Assembly: GCA_903920455.1 (NCBI GenBank) | Contig: CAIXLY010000079.1 | Coordinates: 25,937-89,936 of the forward strand | Direction: 5' to 3' | DNA length: 64,000 nt | From: an uncultured bacterium | Lineage (GTDB): Bacteria > Bacteroidota > Bacteroidia > Chitinophagales > Chitinophagaceae | Shown here: in pieces, positions 49,443 through 59,043 of the stretch | How the letters are laid out: each line of letters begins with the position of its first letter | Numbering within the stretch: position 1 is the first letter of the stretch | Program-made: the position numbers and the translations under genes | Notes under the pieces: generated by a model | Seen by the model: only the letters and a program-made list of their open reading frames with translations | What the model was told of the DNA's origin: nothing | Database searches by the model: none

Positions 49443-50468
49443 ATGCGTTTTATTTTGAATGTTTACTCCTCGGTTATCCTGTTTTGCATCCTGATTCTGC
49501 AATCTAGTTGCGGCAACGCCCAATCGGATCCCAATGCTCATTTGACTTCAACTTCAGTCACTTCAAGCAACGAGGCTCCTATTCATTTACTTGATACTGT
49601 TGCATACAAGAAGAAAATGACCATGATGGCAAATGGCGACAGCTCTCAAAAATGGGTATTTAAGGGGCATTATCCACTTGCTGGAGCATTGCTCCCTTTC
49701 AATAGGATTATTGCTTATTATGGTAATCTTTACTCTACCCGCATGGGTATTTTGGGAGAGCTGCCCAAGCCTCAGATGTTTAAAAGGTTAAAAGAAGAAG
49801 TGGCAGCATGGCAAAAGGCTGATTCAGCTACCCCCGTCATACCAGCTCTCCATTATATCGTTGCCACAGCTCAGGGGGCTCCTGGCTCTTCAGGAAAATA
49901 TCGTTTACGCATGCCCGATAAGGAAATTGATAAAGTGTTGGCCATGGCAGCTGAGATACATGCAATTGTTTTTCTTGATATTCAGGTTGGACTTAGCACG
50001 CTTCGGGAGGAAATTCCCTTGCTTGAAAAGTATCTCTCACTTCCCAATGTTCACCTAGGCATCGATCCTGAGTTTTCAATGAAGGGGGGGCAGAAGCCTG
50101 GGACAGTAATTGGCTATTTTGATTCAGCAGACATCAACTATGCCTCCCAATACCTTGCTGAACTGGTAAAAAAGCATAAGCTTTCACCCAAAGTTCTTGT
50201 TGTCCATCGCTTCACCCAAGGGATGTTAAAAGGTTACAAATCAATTAAGCTTTTGCCTGAGGTTCAGATCGTTGTTGACATGGATGGGTGGGGCGCTCCA
50301 GCAAAAAAAATCAATACCTATAGGCAGTTTGTCTATAAAGAACCGATTCAATTCACAGGGTTTAAGTTGTTTTACAAAAACGATCTAAAGGAAGCACCAC
50401 ACCGGATGCTCACAAGGCAAGAACTGCTTTCTTTAAAGCCAGCACCTATGTATATTCAGTATCAATAA
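49443..50468 (+). CDS. Conserved hypothetical lipoprotein (possible TIM-barrel/GH-like fold)
   Basis: Lipobox QSSC; RIIAYYG, FLDIQVG, HLGIDPEF, VHRF, DMDGWG, GFKLFY..D motifs. Confidence 0.7.
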   Translation: MRFILNVYSSVILFCILILQSSCGNAQSDPNAHLTSTSVTSSNEAPIHLLDTVAYKKKMTMMANGDSSQKWVFKGHYPLAGALLPFNRIIAYYGNLYSTRMGILGELPKPQMFKRLKEEVAAWQKADSATPVIPALHYIVATAQGAPGSSGKYRLRMPDKEIDKVLAMAAEIHAIVFLDIQVGLSTLREEIPLLEKYLSLPNVHLGIDPEFSMKGGQKPGTVIGYFDSADINYASQYLAELVKKHKLSPKVLVVHRFTQGMLKGYKSIKLLPEVQIVVDMDGWGAPAKKINTYRQFVYKEPIQFTGFKLFYKNDLKEAPHRMLTRQELLSLKPAPMYIQYQ

Positions 50469-50483
50469 TAGATTGATCTCATC

Positions 50484-50981
50484 ATGAATGCTTCAGGGAT
50501 AATCAATTTTTATGGCCTTCAGCCTCATCCAGAAGGGGGTTATTATAAACAAACCTATCGTTCAGAAGTTTTGATTGATTCAGGGGCTTTGCCGGATTCT
50601 TTTTCTGGGCAGCGACCAATTTCTACAGCGATTTATTTCTTATTACCGGCTGGGAACTTTGCTGCTTTTCACCGCATTAAAAGCGATGAGCTTTGGCATT
50701 TCTATTCAGGGGTTTCTCTGCATATTCATGTTATTCATCAAGACGGATTTTATGAATTGCTGAAGCTTGGTTCCGATATTGAAAACGGACAATCGCATCA
50801 GCACAAGGTGCCTGCGGGTGTTTGGTTTGCCTCTGAACCCTCATCTACGGAAGGCTTTAGTTTTGTTGGGTGTACCGTTTCTCCGGGTTTTGATTTTAAT
50901 GATTTTGAGCTGGCAACATCCGATCAATTAATAGCAGAATATCCTCATCTAGAAGAAATTGTAAGTCGACTCTGCAGATAA
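50484..50981 (+). CDS. Cupin, DUF985/Cupin_5 family
   Basis: L.PHPEGGYY, TAIYFLL, HRIKSDELWHF, VPAGVWFA, CTVSPGFDF.DFELA. Confidence 0.9.
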   Translation: MNASGIINFYGLQPHPEGGYYKQTYRSEVLIDSGALPDSFSGQRPISTAIYFLLPAGNFAAFHRIKSDELWHFYSGVSLHIHVIHQDGFYELLKLGSDIENGQSHQHKVPAGVWFASEPSSTEGFSFVGCTVSPGFDFNDFELATSDQLIAEYPHLEEIVSRLCR

Positions 50982-51029
50982 AGGCTCATCACTGAAACTT
51001 TTTGAAGTAAAAGAAAATCTGCTGAGTGT

Positions 51030-51434
51030 TTAGCTGATTTTTCTTTCAGAAAAAAGCATCTTGATGGCGAGAATAATCATGATTACTGCAAATATCTTTT
51101 TTACGGTTTCTTGTGGTAGGCTCAGAGAAAACTTACTCCCTAGGTGACCACCAATTAGGAAACCGATGGCCAGCAAGCCCGCAAGCCTAAAATCGACATA
51201 TCCTTTTTTATAATAGTTGAATACAGCAAATATTCCCACTGGGAAAAGCATCATTGTTAGTGAGATGCCCTGAGATTGATGCTGACTTAATCCAAGAAGA
51301 ATGACGAGTGCAGGAACGAGGATAATCCCTCCACCTACTCCAACCATCCCTCCTAAAAAACCTGCTGCAATTCCGATTAGGATCAAATAAAATATGGTGT
51401 CCATGCCAAGGGTATGTTTGTATTGATTCATCAC
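51030..51434 (-). CDS. Half-size TauE/SafE (TSUP) family transporter, about 4 TM
   Basis: GMVGVGGGIILVP, HQSQGISL, G..GS motifs; only about 124-134 aa (alternative ATG 51404). Confidence 0.85.
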   Translation of the reverse strand: MMNQYKHTLGMDTIFYLILIGIAAGFLGGMVGVGGGIILVPALVILLGLSQHQSQGISLTMMLFPVGIFAVFNYYKKGYVDFRLAGLLAIGFLIGGHLGSKFSLSLPQETVKKIFAVIMIILAIKMLFSERKIS

Positions 51435-51808
51435 TTGAACATAAGTGTTCCTGCAAAAGTAGCAATGATCCCTAACGTAATGGATAAAAGAATATAGGTT
51501 AGTGCTGTTAGGTGGTTTCCAGATTTAAATAGTTCCAGATTCTCAATTGCAAATGCTGAAAAGGTGGTAAATCCACCACAAAAACCAGTGGCCAATAACA
51601 GTTTCATGTCATTAGCTCCTTGAGCATTTTTGGCTGCGAGAGAAAAAATGATGCCTATGAAGAAGCACCCAATTAGATTTACAGCAAAGGTGCCGGATGG
51701 AAACCTATCCCCAAGCTTTTGTTGAATCAAGTAGGAGCTTATAAACCTCAACAGGCCTCCAATGGCACTTCCAACCAGTACAAGTAAGATGTTGCGAGGG
51801 TTGATCAT
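51431..51808 (-). CDS. crcB: Fluoride channel Fluc
   Basis: GGLLR, GTFAVNLIGCF, GFCGGFTTFSAF. Confidence 0.95.
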   Translation of the reverse strand: MINPRNILLVLVGSAIGGLLRFISSYLIQQKLGDRFPSGTFAVNLIGCFFIGIIFSLAAKNAQGANDMKLLLATGFCGGFTTFSAFAIENLELFKSGNHLTALTYILLSITLGIIATFAGTLMFK

Positions 51809-52233
51809 TTTGAAGGGATATTTCCTGAAAAAGTATAGCTAAAATCAACCTTCCATGTCTTCTCAGTTTTAATGATCTTTAGATTCATCGGTTTCATGGA
51901 ATGGGAGTTGGAAAAATTGAGGATGGAGGTGCTGTCATTTATATTTTCAACCTTGTTGATAATGATGGATGCTGATTTTAATGAAAGTCTTTCCTTATTT
52001 GGCTGTTTCTTTTGGTATTTGACATACCTACTGAACAACTCTTGATCCTCAGCATCATTGTTCAAATACAGTGTTGCCTTTTTGTAATCACCATCCAGTA
52101 CTGCCCTTACAAACTCTCTTCCCGCGTCCAATGGATCTTCTGGAGCATCGAATCCTTCTGGTTCTGCGCATGCAAAAAATGAGAATGCACACAAGAGTAT
52201 ATAAATGCTGTATTTTGATTTGTTATTTTTCAT
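51805..52233 (-). CDS. DUF4878-like lipoprotein (NTF2-like)
   Basis: Lipobox FFAC; P.DAGREFVRA.L.GDY and WKVD motifs. ATG at 52233. Confidence 0.65.
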   Translation of the reverse strand: MKNNKSKYSIYILLCAFSFFACAEPEGFDAPEDPLDAGREFVRAVLDGDYKKATLYLNNDAEDQELFSRYVKYQKKQPNKERLSLKSASIIINKVENINDSTSILNFSNSHSMKPMNLKIIKTEKTWKVDFSYTFSGNIPSK

Positions 52234-53191
52234 TGCTTGGGTCTTTATCTTTGTCATAAGCCTTGATGATAGCTTTTACTAGCCTATGTCTTACCACATC
52301 TTCTTCGTCAAGTTCAATGTGAGCAATCCCATCAATATTTTTTAATATGCGCGTTGCCTTTTCAAGCCCGCTTTTTTGATTTTTCGGAAGGTCTACTTGA
52401 GTGAGGTCGCCAGTAATGATGGCTTTTGCATTTGCACCTATTCGGGTTAAAAACATCTTGATTTGTAGATCTGTGGTATTTTGTGCTTCATCCAGGATGA
52501 TGTAGGCATGATCTAGGGTTCTCCCCCTCATGTAGGCGAGTGGTGCAATTTCAATCACTCTTGTACTCATGTAATAACCAAGCTTATCAGCTGGAATCAT
52601 GTCGTCTAATGCGTCGTATAGGGGCCTGAGGTATGGATCTATTTTTTCTTTTAAATCACCTGGAAGAAAACCCAGACTTTCTCCAGCTTCAACCGCGGGT
52701 CTGGTTAGGATTATTTTTTTAACCAATTTATTTTTTAGTGCCCTGACTGCAAGTGCAACTGCTGTATATGTTTTTCCTGTTCCTGCTGGTCCTATGGCAA
52801 AAATGATATCATTTTTTTCTGCCATGCTTACCATTTTCTTTTGGTTCTGTGTTCTGGCTCTTACAGATTTACCATTTGGTCCAAATACAAGCACTTCATG
52901 TGGATTCTTGTCAACAAAATGATCAACCGATTCAGCATCGTCTCCACCAAGAATTTGCTCGAAGTAATTTTGCGAGACGTTTCCATTCTTTTCAAGATAC
53001 TGGATAAGCATTTTGATTTTTTCCTTGGCTTGCTCAATTTGTTCTTCGGCACCACTGAGTTTTACTTGGGTGCCGCGACTAAGTATTTTCAATAAAGGGA
53101 AGCGTTTTTTTAAGAGATCCAGCTTTCCATTATTTACTCCAAAAAATTCTAAAGGGTTGACGGATTCGAGGTTGATGATTGTTTCAGTCAA
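52223..53191 (-). CDS. phoH: PhoH family ATPase (YbeZ-like)
   Basis: GPAGTGKT, RPAVEAGE.LGFLPGD, PYLRPLYD, RGRT, DEAQN, GD..Q.DLP. Confidence 0.95.
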   Translation of the reverse strand: MTETIINLESVNPLEFFGVNNGKLDLLKKRFPLLKILSRGTQVKLSGAEEQIEQAKEKIKMLIQYLEKNGNVSQNYFEQILGGDDAESVDHFVDKNPHEVLVFGPNGKSVRARTQNQKKMVSMAEKNDIIFAIGPAGTGKTYTAVALAVRALKNKLVKKIILTRPAVEAGESLGFLPGDLKEKIDPYLRPLYDALDDMIPADKLGYYMSTRVIEIAPLAYMRGRTLDHAYIILDEAQNTTDLQIKMFLTRIGANAKAIITGDLTQVDLPKNQKSGLEKATRILKNIDGIAHIELDEEDVVRHRLVKAIIKAYDKDKDPSNEK

Positions 53192-53321
53192 AGCGTAGAT
53201 TTAGTTGTTATTGAAAAGTGGGGAGGCTAACCAAATCTAATTATTTGGTTCCAAAACCCCTAATTCTTAATATAAACATCCTGTGGGTAAACTTGTTCGT
53301 AGACCATAGCCCCAGAAGAAA

Positions 53322-53972
53322 TCAAACCATATTTTTTAACAATCTGATAGTCAATTCTGGATCTTTTGCGTTGAAGACGGTATTGCCTGCAACAAGTACA
53401 TCTGCACCAGCTTTTACGATTGCTGATGCATTTTCAAGGGTTACCCCGCCATCAACCTCAATCATTGTATTTGTTCCTTGTTTAAGGATGGATTCTTTGA
53501 GCTTTTCAATTTTTTTAAGCATGCTGTAGATGAATTTTTGGCCACCAAAACCCGGATTAACGGTCATGATACAAACAAGGTCTGCTTCGTCCAGCACCTC
53601 CTCTATAGAAGAAATAGGAGTATGTGGGTTTAAAGCCACTCCTGATTTCATTCCGAGTGAGCGAATTTGTTGAAGGTTTCTATGGAGGTGTTGGCAGGCC
53701 TCTGCGTGAACAGTTAAAATATCCGCTCCAGCATCTTTGAATGCCTGAGCATATTTTTCTGGCTCTTCAATCATAAGATGCACATCACATACCTTATTCG
53801 TAGCTTTTCTCATTGCGGCAATGACCGGAAGGCCAAAGCTTATGTTTGGCACAAATCGTCCATCCATTACGTCCAAATGAAGCCATGCTGCTTCTGAGCG
53901 GTTAATGAGATCACCTGCTTCTTTGAGGTGAAGAAAATCTGCTGAAAGTAGGGAAGGTGCAATGATTGGCAT
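53322..53972 (-). CDS. rpe: Ribulose-phosphate 3-epimerase
   Basis: APSLLSADF, HLDVMDG.FVPN, DVHLM, VNPGFGGQ, EVDGG. Confidence 0.97.
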   Translation of the reverse strand: MPIIAPSLLSADFLHLKEAGDLINRSEAAWLHLDVMDGRFVPNISFGLPVIAAMRKATNKVCDVHLMIEEPEKYAQAFKDAGADILTVHAEACQHLHRNLQQIRSLGMKSGVALNPHTPISSIEEVLDEADLVCIMTVNPGFGGQKFIYSMLKKIEKLKESILKQGTNTMIEVDGGVTLENASAIVKAGADVLVAGNTVFNAKDPELTIRLLKNMV

Positions 53973-53975
53973 GTG

Positions 53976-54596
53976 TTATTTTTTTTGTGGGTTGTCTACC
54001 TTTTTAATCCTATTCAGGGCCTCTTTTGCAGCCCCGTAGTTTTTGTCTAGCAACAATGTTTGCTGGTAATAAAAAAAAGCTTCCTCTTCGTTATGAATTG
54101 ACTCATAATTTTTGGCCATCCAAAAATAAATTTCTGCATCATACCGATTTAGCTCAGTCGCTTTTTTGAGTATATCAAGTGCAAGATCAAACTTTTTCTT
54201 GTCATAGAGCAAGATCGCTTTTTCAAGGTATGCATCCGTGAATGTAAAATTGGTGATGATGGCGGAGTCAAATTGTACAAGCGCGCTGTTTGCTTCATTC
54301 TTATTGGTGTAATAAATTCCTTTCAGATAGTGTCCCTGACCAATGATATCCTCATTTTTCCCAAATTGTATGAGGCTGTCCGCCAATTCCAGCGCCCTTG
54401 GATCTGCATCTCTTGCATACATAAATGCTTTCTCAATTGGGTTTTGTCTGATTTCAGTATTGTTATTTGATAAGCTGGTGTCTGATGCTTCTATGGTTGC
54501 TGAATGCTTATTGGGGGAAGTACTATTTTCACAAGAGCTCATTGAAATAGTAAGGCAAGTGATAAGGCCCAAAAAAATGAAAAAGGTATGGGGCAT
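53976..54596 (-). CDS. TPR-repeat lipoprotein
   Basis: Lipobox MSSC after ATG 54596; helical TPR repeats with Y/A/G/L pattern. Confidence 0.75.
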   Translation of the reverse strand: MPHTFFIFLGLITCLTISMSSCENSTSPNKHSATIEASDTSLSNNNTEIRQNPIEKAFMYARDADPRALELADSLIQFGKNEDIIGQGHYLKGIYYTNKNEANSALVQFDSAIITNFTFTDAYLEKAILLYDKKKFDLALDILKKATELNRYDAEIYFWMAKNYESIHNEEEAFFYYQQTLLLDKNYGAAKEALNRIKKVDNPQKK

Positions 54597-54685
54597 GCCC
54601 AAAATTACAGAATACTCATGTTTTATTACAGATTTATGATAATTCCGAGTTCTTTTGTGCTTATTTTGTTTCACAATTTCATCAT

Positions 54686-55783
54686 ATGAGCAGATCTTCA
54701 GGTTTTTTTAGTCCTTCCTTGGCTTTATTACAGCTTCTAATCTGTGTTTTGTTTATACCATTTCATTCAATCTCGCAGGATTCATTGGCCTATGCTGAAG
54801 AATCTCATTTTAAAAATATCCGCCAACTCACCTTTGGGGGTGATAATGCTGAAGCCTATTTCAGTTTCGATGGGAAATGGTTAATATTTCAAAAAACCAA
54901 CCCTAAGGAGGGGATTCCTTGTGACCAGATCTATATTGGAAAGATCCCAACCAAAGAAGGTCAGGCGTTTGAGCCACGTTTGATCAGTACTGGAAAGGGG
55001 AGAACAACTTGTGGGGCATTTCTCAAGGGGGACAAGCATGTTGTTTTTGCGTCGACTCATCTGGCCGATATGGGATGTCCGCCTGTTCCAGATCGCACCA
55101 AATATGGTAACAAATATATCTGGCCTTTATATCCTTCTTATGATATTTTCATGGCAGACCTTAATGGAAATATCACCAAGCAGCTCACAGATTCTCCAGG
55201 CTATGATGCTGAAGCAACCATTTCTCCAGATGGAAAAACCATGTTGTTTACTTCTACGCGAGACGGCGATATTGATTTGTATACCATGAATCTTAAATCA
55301 GGTGAAGTAAAGCGCATCACTAATATTCTTGGATATGATGGGGGTGCTTGGTTTAGTCCAGATGGCAAAAAAATAATTTGGCGAGCGTCAAGGCCTTCTA
55401 CTCCTGCAGAAGTAAAAGAGTATCAAGAGTTTCTCAGTGAAAATTTAGTGGCACCAACCCGAATGGAAGTGTGGGTTGCAGATGCCGATGGTAGCCATGC
55501 ACGTCAAGTAAGTAATCTTGGTCAGGCAAATTGGGCACCTGCCTACATGCCCGATGGAAAGAGAATTATTTTTGCTTCAAACCATGAATACAAGAGAGGG
55601 TTTCCATTTAATCTCTATACCATGAATGAGGATGGATCTCAGTTAACAAAAATCAGTAGGGATAAGGGTTTTGATGCTTTTCCCATGTTTAGTTTGGATG
55701 GCAAAAAAATTGTTTTCTGTTCCAATCGAAACAATGGCGGAACAAGAGATACAAATATCTTTATCGCTGATTGGGTTGATTAA
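54686..55783 (+). CDS. TolB-like PD40 beta-propeller protein
   Basis: Signal peptide; repeated FS.DG motifs (SFDG, SPDG, SPDG, MPDG, SLDG). Confidence 0.85.
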   Translation: MSRSSGFFSPSLALLQLLICVLFIPFHSISQDSLAYAEESHFKNIRQLTFGGDNAEAYFSFDGKWLIFQKTNPKEGIPCDQIYIGKIPTKEGQAFEPRLISTGKGRTTCGAFLKGDKHVVFASTHLADMGCPPVPDRTKYGNKYIWPLYPSYDIFMADLNGNITKQLTDSPGYDAEATISPDGKTMLFTSTRDGDIDLYTMNLKSGEVKRITNILGYDGGAWFSPDGKKIIWRASRPSTPAEVKEYQEFLSENLVAPTRMEVWVADADGSHARQVSNLGQANWAPAYMPDGKRIIFASNHEYKRGFPFNLYTMNEDGSQLTKISRDKGFDAFPMFSLDGKKIVFCSNRNNGGTRDTNIFIADWVD

Positions 55784-55784
55784 A

Positions 55785-56948
55785 TTATTGCGTGCTTTCC
55801 ACGCCGTTTAATCTTCTAATAAAATAGATTCTCTTGTTTTCAAAATAGTCAGGCACTTGCGTTTCTTGAGACCATTTTATTGCCCTGAAATCGAGGTTGT
55901 TAAATACTTTGAACGGCTTGTCTGCAGAGTTGTCAATTTTGATCGTTCCATACTTTGCAAGGATGTTTAAAAAGTAAAACGTCAGCTCAAATCCTTTCAA
56001 TGCCGAGGTGGATGAATTGATGCCTGTTTCTTCTTTCATTTTTTTATCAAACTCAATTGCCCATTTGTTATCGGTTGCAGGGGACATACCGCTTGTATAG
56101 TAAATTGGAATTCCGGCATAACTCGTTGATTGCAATTCTTTGAGCCCATCCCAGTTAGGCATTCCGATTACATGGATGATTCCCTTTTTTTCATACAGAG
56201 AAATTGCCTTAGCAAAGTTCACAGCGAAGGCATTGTCAAGGCTGCCTGCAAGCAATACGTTTATTTTTGTGCTGTCGATTGCTTTTAAAATTTCTTCGGC
56301 AGAAAATGTCTTGCCAAGTTCAATGTACTTTGGGCGCTGGGCAATTAGAGATTGCTTAATCAATTCTCTAAATATATCCTGCAGTCTATCATCTCCAGGA
56401 TCTGATCTTTTGAACCAAATGATGTTTGCGTCATGCCATCTGCTGTTAATCTGATTTGTGATTATTTGCAGATGCGAATTGATTTTTGGATTGGCTATAT
56501 ACACCATTGGACTTCCCCTGATTCCAGCATCATTGGGGTAGGAGGCACTCACCAAAGGGATATTTTTTGATTTTGAAATTGATGCCAAGGCAGTGTATTC
56601 CGGAGGGCCTCCGTAGACAAACATGATATCAAGAGAATCAAACTTGCCCCTTTTGAGCAGCTGTTCGATATTGCCTTGTTTGCTTGATACGTCAAATACT
56701 TCTAAGGTTGCTGATTTGCCTATTTGATTTATTGAGTCTATGGCCATTACAGCACCTTCGTAGTATTCAAGGCTAGTGATGGCCTGTCGGGGGAATGCAT
56801 GTGCGAGCTGGTAGTTTCCGGAAACATCAAATGCACTATCAAGAAAAAATGAGATAAATAGTCCTGCACGAATAGTCTTAGATTTTTCCTGTGCATTGGG
56901 AAGTAAATATCCCAGCAGCAAGAGAAGGAAAAAAATAGTCTTTTTCAT
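55785..56948 (-). CDS. Exported type-1 periplasmic-binding-fold protein (LpoA/LppC-like)
   Basis: Signal peptide; EYYEG..MA.DS, EVFD, G.PNWD, GFELT motifs typical of this fold; directly downstream of guaA. Confidence 0.6.
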   Translation of the reverse strand: MKKTIFFLLLLLGYLLPNAQEKSKTIRAGLFISFFLDSAFDVSGNYQLAHAFPRQAITSLEYYEGAVMAIDSINQIGKSATLEVFDVSSKQGNIEQLLKRGKFDSLDIMFVYGGPPEYTALASISKSKNIPLVSASYPNDAGIRGSPMVYIANPKINSHLQIITNQINSRWHDANIIWFKRSDPGDDRLQDIFRELIKQSLIAQRPKYIELGKTFSAEEILKAIDSTKINVLLAGSLDNAFAVNFAKAISLYEKKGIIHVIGMPNWDGLKELQSTSYAGIPIYYTSGMSPATDNKWAIEFDKKMKEETGINSSTSALKGFELTFYFLNILAKYGTIKIDNSADKPFKVFNNLDFRAIKWSQETQVPDYFENKRIYFIRRLNGVESTQ

Positions 56949-56966
56949 GGGAGTAAAATAAGTGGG

Positions 56967-58502
56967 TTATTCCCATTCGATAGTCGCAGGGGGCTTGCTT
57001 GAAATATCATAGACAACCCGGTTTATACCGCGAACCCTGTTGATAATCTCATTGGATACAATACCAAGGAATTCGTGGGGTAGGTGAGCCCAGTCGGCTG
57101 TCATGCCATCTACTGAAGTTACCGCCCTGAGTGCAACGGTGAACTCATAGGTTCTCTCATCACCCATGACTCCGACAGATTTTACTGGAAGTAGTATTGT
57201 GCCAGCCTGCCATACCTTGTCATATAATCCATGCTCTTTCAGGGCATTCATATAAATGTGATCAGCTTCTTGAAGTAAGCGGACTTTTTCCTCATTGATG
57301 TCGCCTAGAATTCTGATTGCTAGTCCCGGACCCGGGAATGGGTGCCTAAAAAGCAGATCTGGAGGGATGCCAAGTTCTAGTCCAACCTTTCTTACTTCAT
57401 CCTTGAAAAGATACCGCAAGGGCTCAATTAAGCTAAGTTTCATTGTATCGGGTAGTCCGCCTACATTATGGTGCGATTTTATAGTCACAGACGGGCCATG
57501 TACAGAAACACTTTCAATTACATCCGGATAAATGGTTCCTTGACCCAGAAAGGAGATATCTGTTAATTCATGTGCTTCCCTATCAAAGACCTCGATAAAC
57601 GTTCTGCCTATTGCCTTTCTCTTATCTTCGGGATTGGTCAATCCGGAAAGTGCATCGTAAAAGGATTGTTTAGCATCTACACCTTTTACATTTAATTCGA
57701 GCTGCTCGTATGTTTTTAAAACATCCTCAAACTCATTTTTTCTAAGTACTCCATTATCTACAAAAATCCCAAAAAGATTTTTGCCAATTGCCTTGTGGAT
57801 GAGTGTAGCAGCTACTGTTGAGTCTACACCACCACTCAAACCCATCACCACTTTTCTGTCACCAATCTCTTCTTTTATTGCATGTACAGTGTCTGTAATA
57901 AAATGTGCGGGAGTCCAATCACCCTTACATCCGCAAACAGCGTGTAAAAAGTTATGGAGTATTTTTTTTCCAAACTCTGAATGGTATACCTCGGGGTGAA
58001 ATTGTAGACCGAATATATTATTACAGTCGGGTTCATCAACCCTAAATGCTGCAATTGGAATAGAGTTTGTTGTTGCTAAAATGCTGGAATTGGTGGGTAG
58101 TTCAAGAATTGAATCACCGTGACTCATCCATACTTGTGATGATTCTGGGATATGCTCCATTAAAACATCATCAACGTTTTTTTGAAGAATGGCCCTTCCA
58201 TATTCTCTTTTTTCAGATCGTTCAACCCGGCCACCAAAGAATTTGGCGGTAAGCTGGGCTCCATAGCAAATACCTAAGATATTTCTATGCTTTGCCATGG
58301 TTTTTATATCAACCTCTGGAGCATTGCTATCGTTCACGGAGAATGGGGAACCGGAAAGGATGATCCCTTTTAGTTCTGGTCCGTATTCTATTTTTTTGTG
58401 ATAGGGGACTATTTCGCAGTAAACGTTTGCTTCTCTAACAGCACGAGCAATGAGTTGCGTGTATTGAGATCCGAAATCGAGGATAAGTATTTTCTCAGTC
58501 AT
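56967..58502 (-). CDS. guaA: GMP synthase (glutamine-hydrolysing)
   Basis: [55 protein letters not shown] at 58502. Confidence 0.98.
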   Translation of the reverse strand: MTEKILILDFGSQYTQLIARAVREANVYCEIVPYHKKIEYGPELKGIILSGSPFSVNDSNAPEVDIKTMAKHRNILGICYGAQLTAKFFGGRVERSEKREYGRAILQKNVDDVLMEHIPESSQVWMSHGDSILELPTNSSILATTNSIPIAAFRVDEPDCNNIFGLQFHPEVYHSEFGKKILHNFLHAVCGCKGDWTPAHFITDTVHAIKEEIGDRKVVMGLSGGVDSTVAATLIHKAIGKNLFGIFVDNGVLRKNEFEDVLKTYEQLELNVKGVDAKQSFYDALSGLTNPEDKRKAIGRTFIEVFDREAHELTDISFLGQGTIYPDVIESVSVHGPSVTIKSHHNVGGLPDTMKLSLIEPLRYLFKDEVRKVGLELGIPPDLLFRHPFPGPGLAIRILGDINEEKVRLLQEADHIYMNALKEHGLYDKVWQAGTILLPVKSVGVMGDERTYEFTVALRAVTSVDGMTADWAHLPHEFLGIVSNEIINRVRGINRVVYDISSKPPATIEWE

Positions 58503-58555
58503 AGATGAGTGCGAAGGTAAAGATTTCACAGATGAAGACGCTATCAGATGGCCCC

Positions 58556-58590
58556 AAAAAAAAGAACATCCCTGGGGATGTTCTTTTTTC
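58556..58590 (-). terminator. Bidirectional-type terminator after rpsT
   Basis: AAAAAAGAACATCC-CTGG-GGATGTTCTTTTTT inverted repeat with A/T tails on both sides. Confidence 0.85.
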
Positions 58591-58608
58591 AATGTATTGA
58601 GTTGTAGA

Positions 58609-58863
58609 CTAAGCTATTTTAGAAATAGCTTTTGCCAGTGAACTTTTGAGGTTTGCAGCCTTATTTTTGTGAATAACGCCCTTTTTTGCAAGTTTATCGA
58701 TCTTGCTGAGCACATTAGGGAGGGATTCCTTGGCTTCACCTGCAGAAGTCAATGCGCGAAGATCACGCATGGCGTTTCTGGTAGTTTTACCTTGGTAACG
58801 ATTTTTCTCCCTACGTTTAGCCACCTGGCGTACGTCTTTCTTGGTTGCCTTATGATTTGCCAT
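58609..58863 (-). CDS. rpsT: 30S ribosomal protein S20
   Basis: [20 protein letters not shown]. Confidence 0.97.
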   Translation of the reverse strand: MANHKATKKDVRQVAKRREKNRYQGKTTRNAMRDLRALTSAGEAKESLPNVLSKIDKLAKKGVIHKNKAANLKSSLAKAISKIA

Positions 58864-59043
58864 CCTTTCTTGTTTTCTTTTTTACGGGATGCGAAGGTAA
58901 GGGACTTAGTGATATCAACCAAAAATAAGCTGTTTTTAAAAAGTATTTCATTCAGAGGATGATCGAAGATTCCTGATATTTTTTCAGTCCAAATGAACGA
59001 TATTTGCCACAGTTTTAGGCAGTTAACCTTATAGCTATAGGAA

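Noticed and set aside
51431-51900. Fluoride riboswitch upstream of crcB
   Set aside because: crcB overlaps the upstream gene, so there is no leader, and I saw no GGCGAUGGUGUUCGCC-like core.
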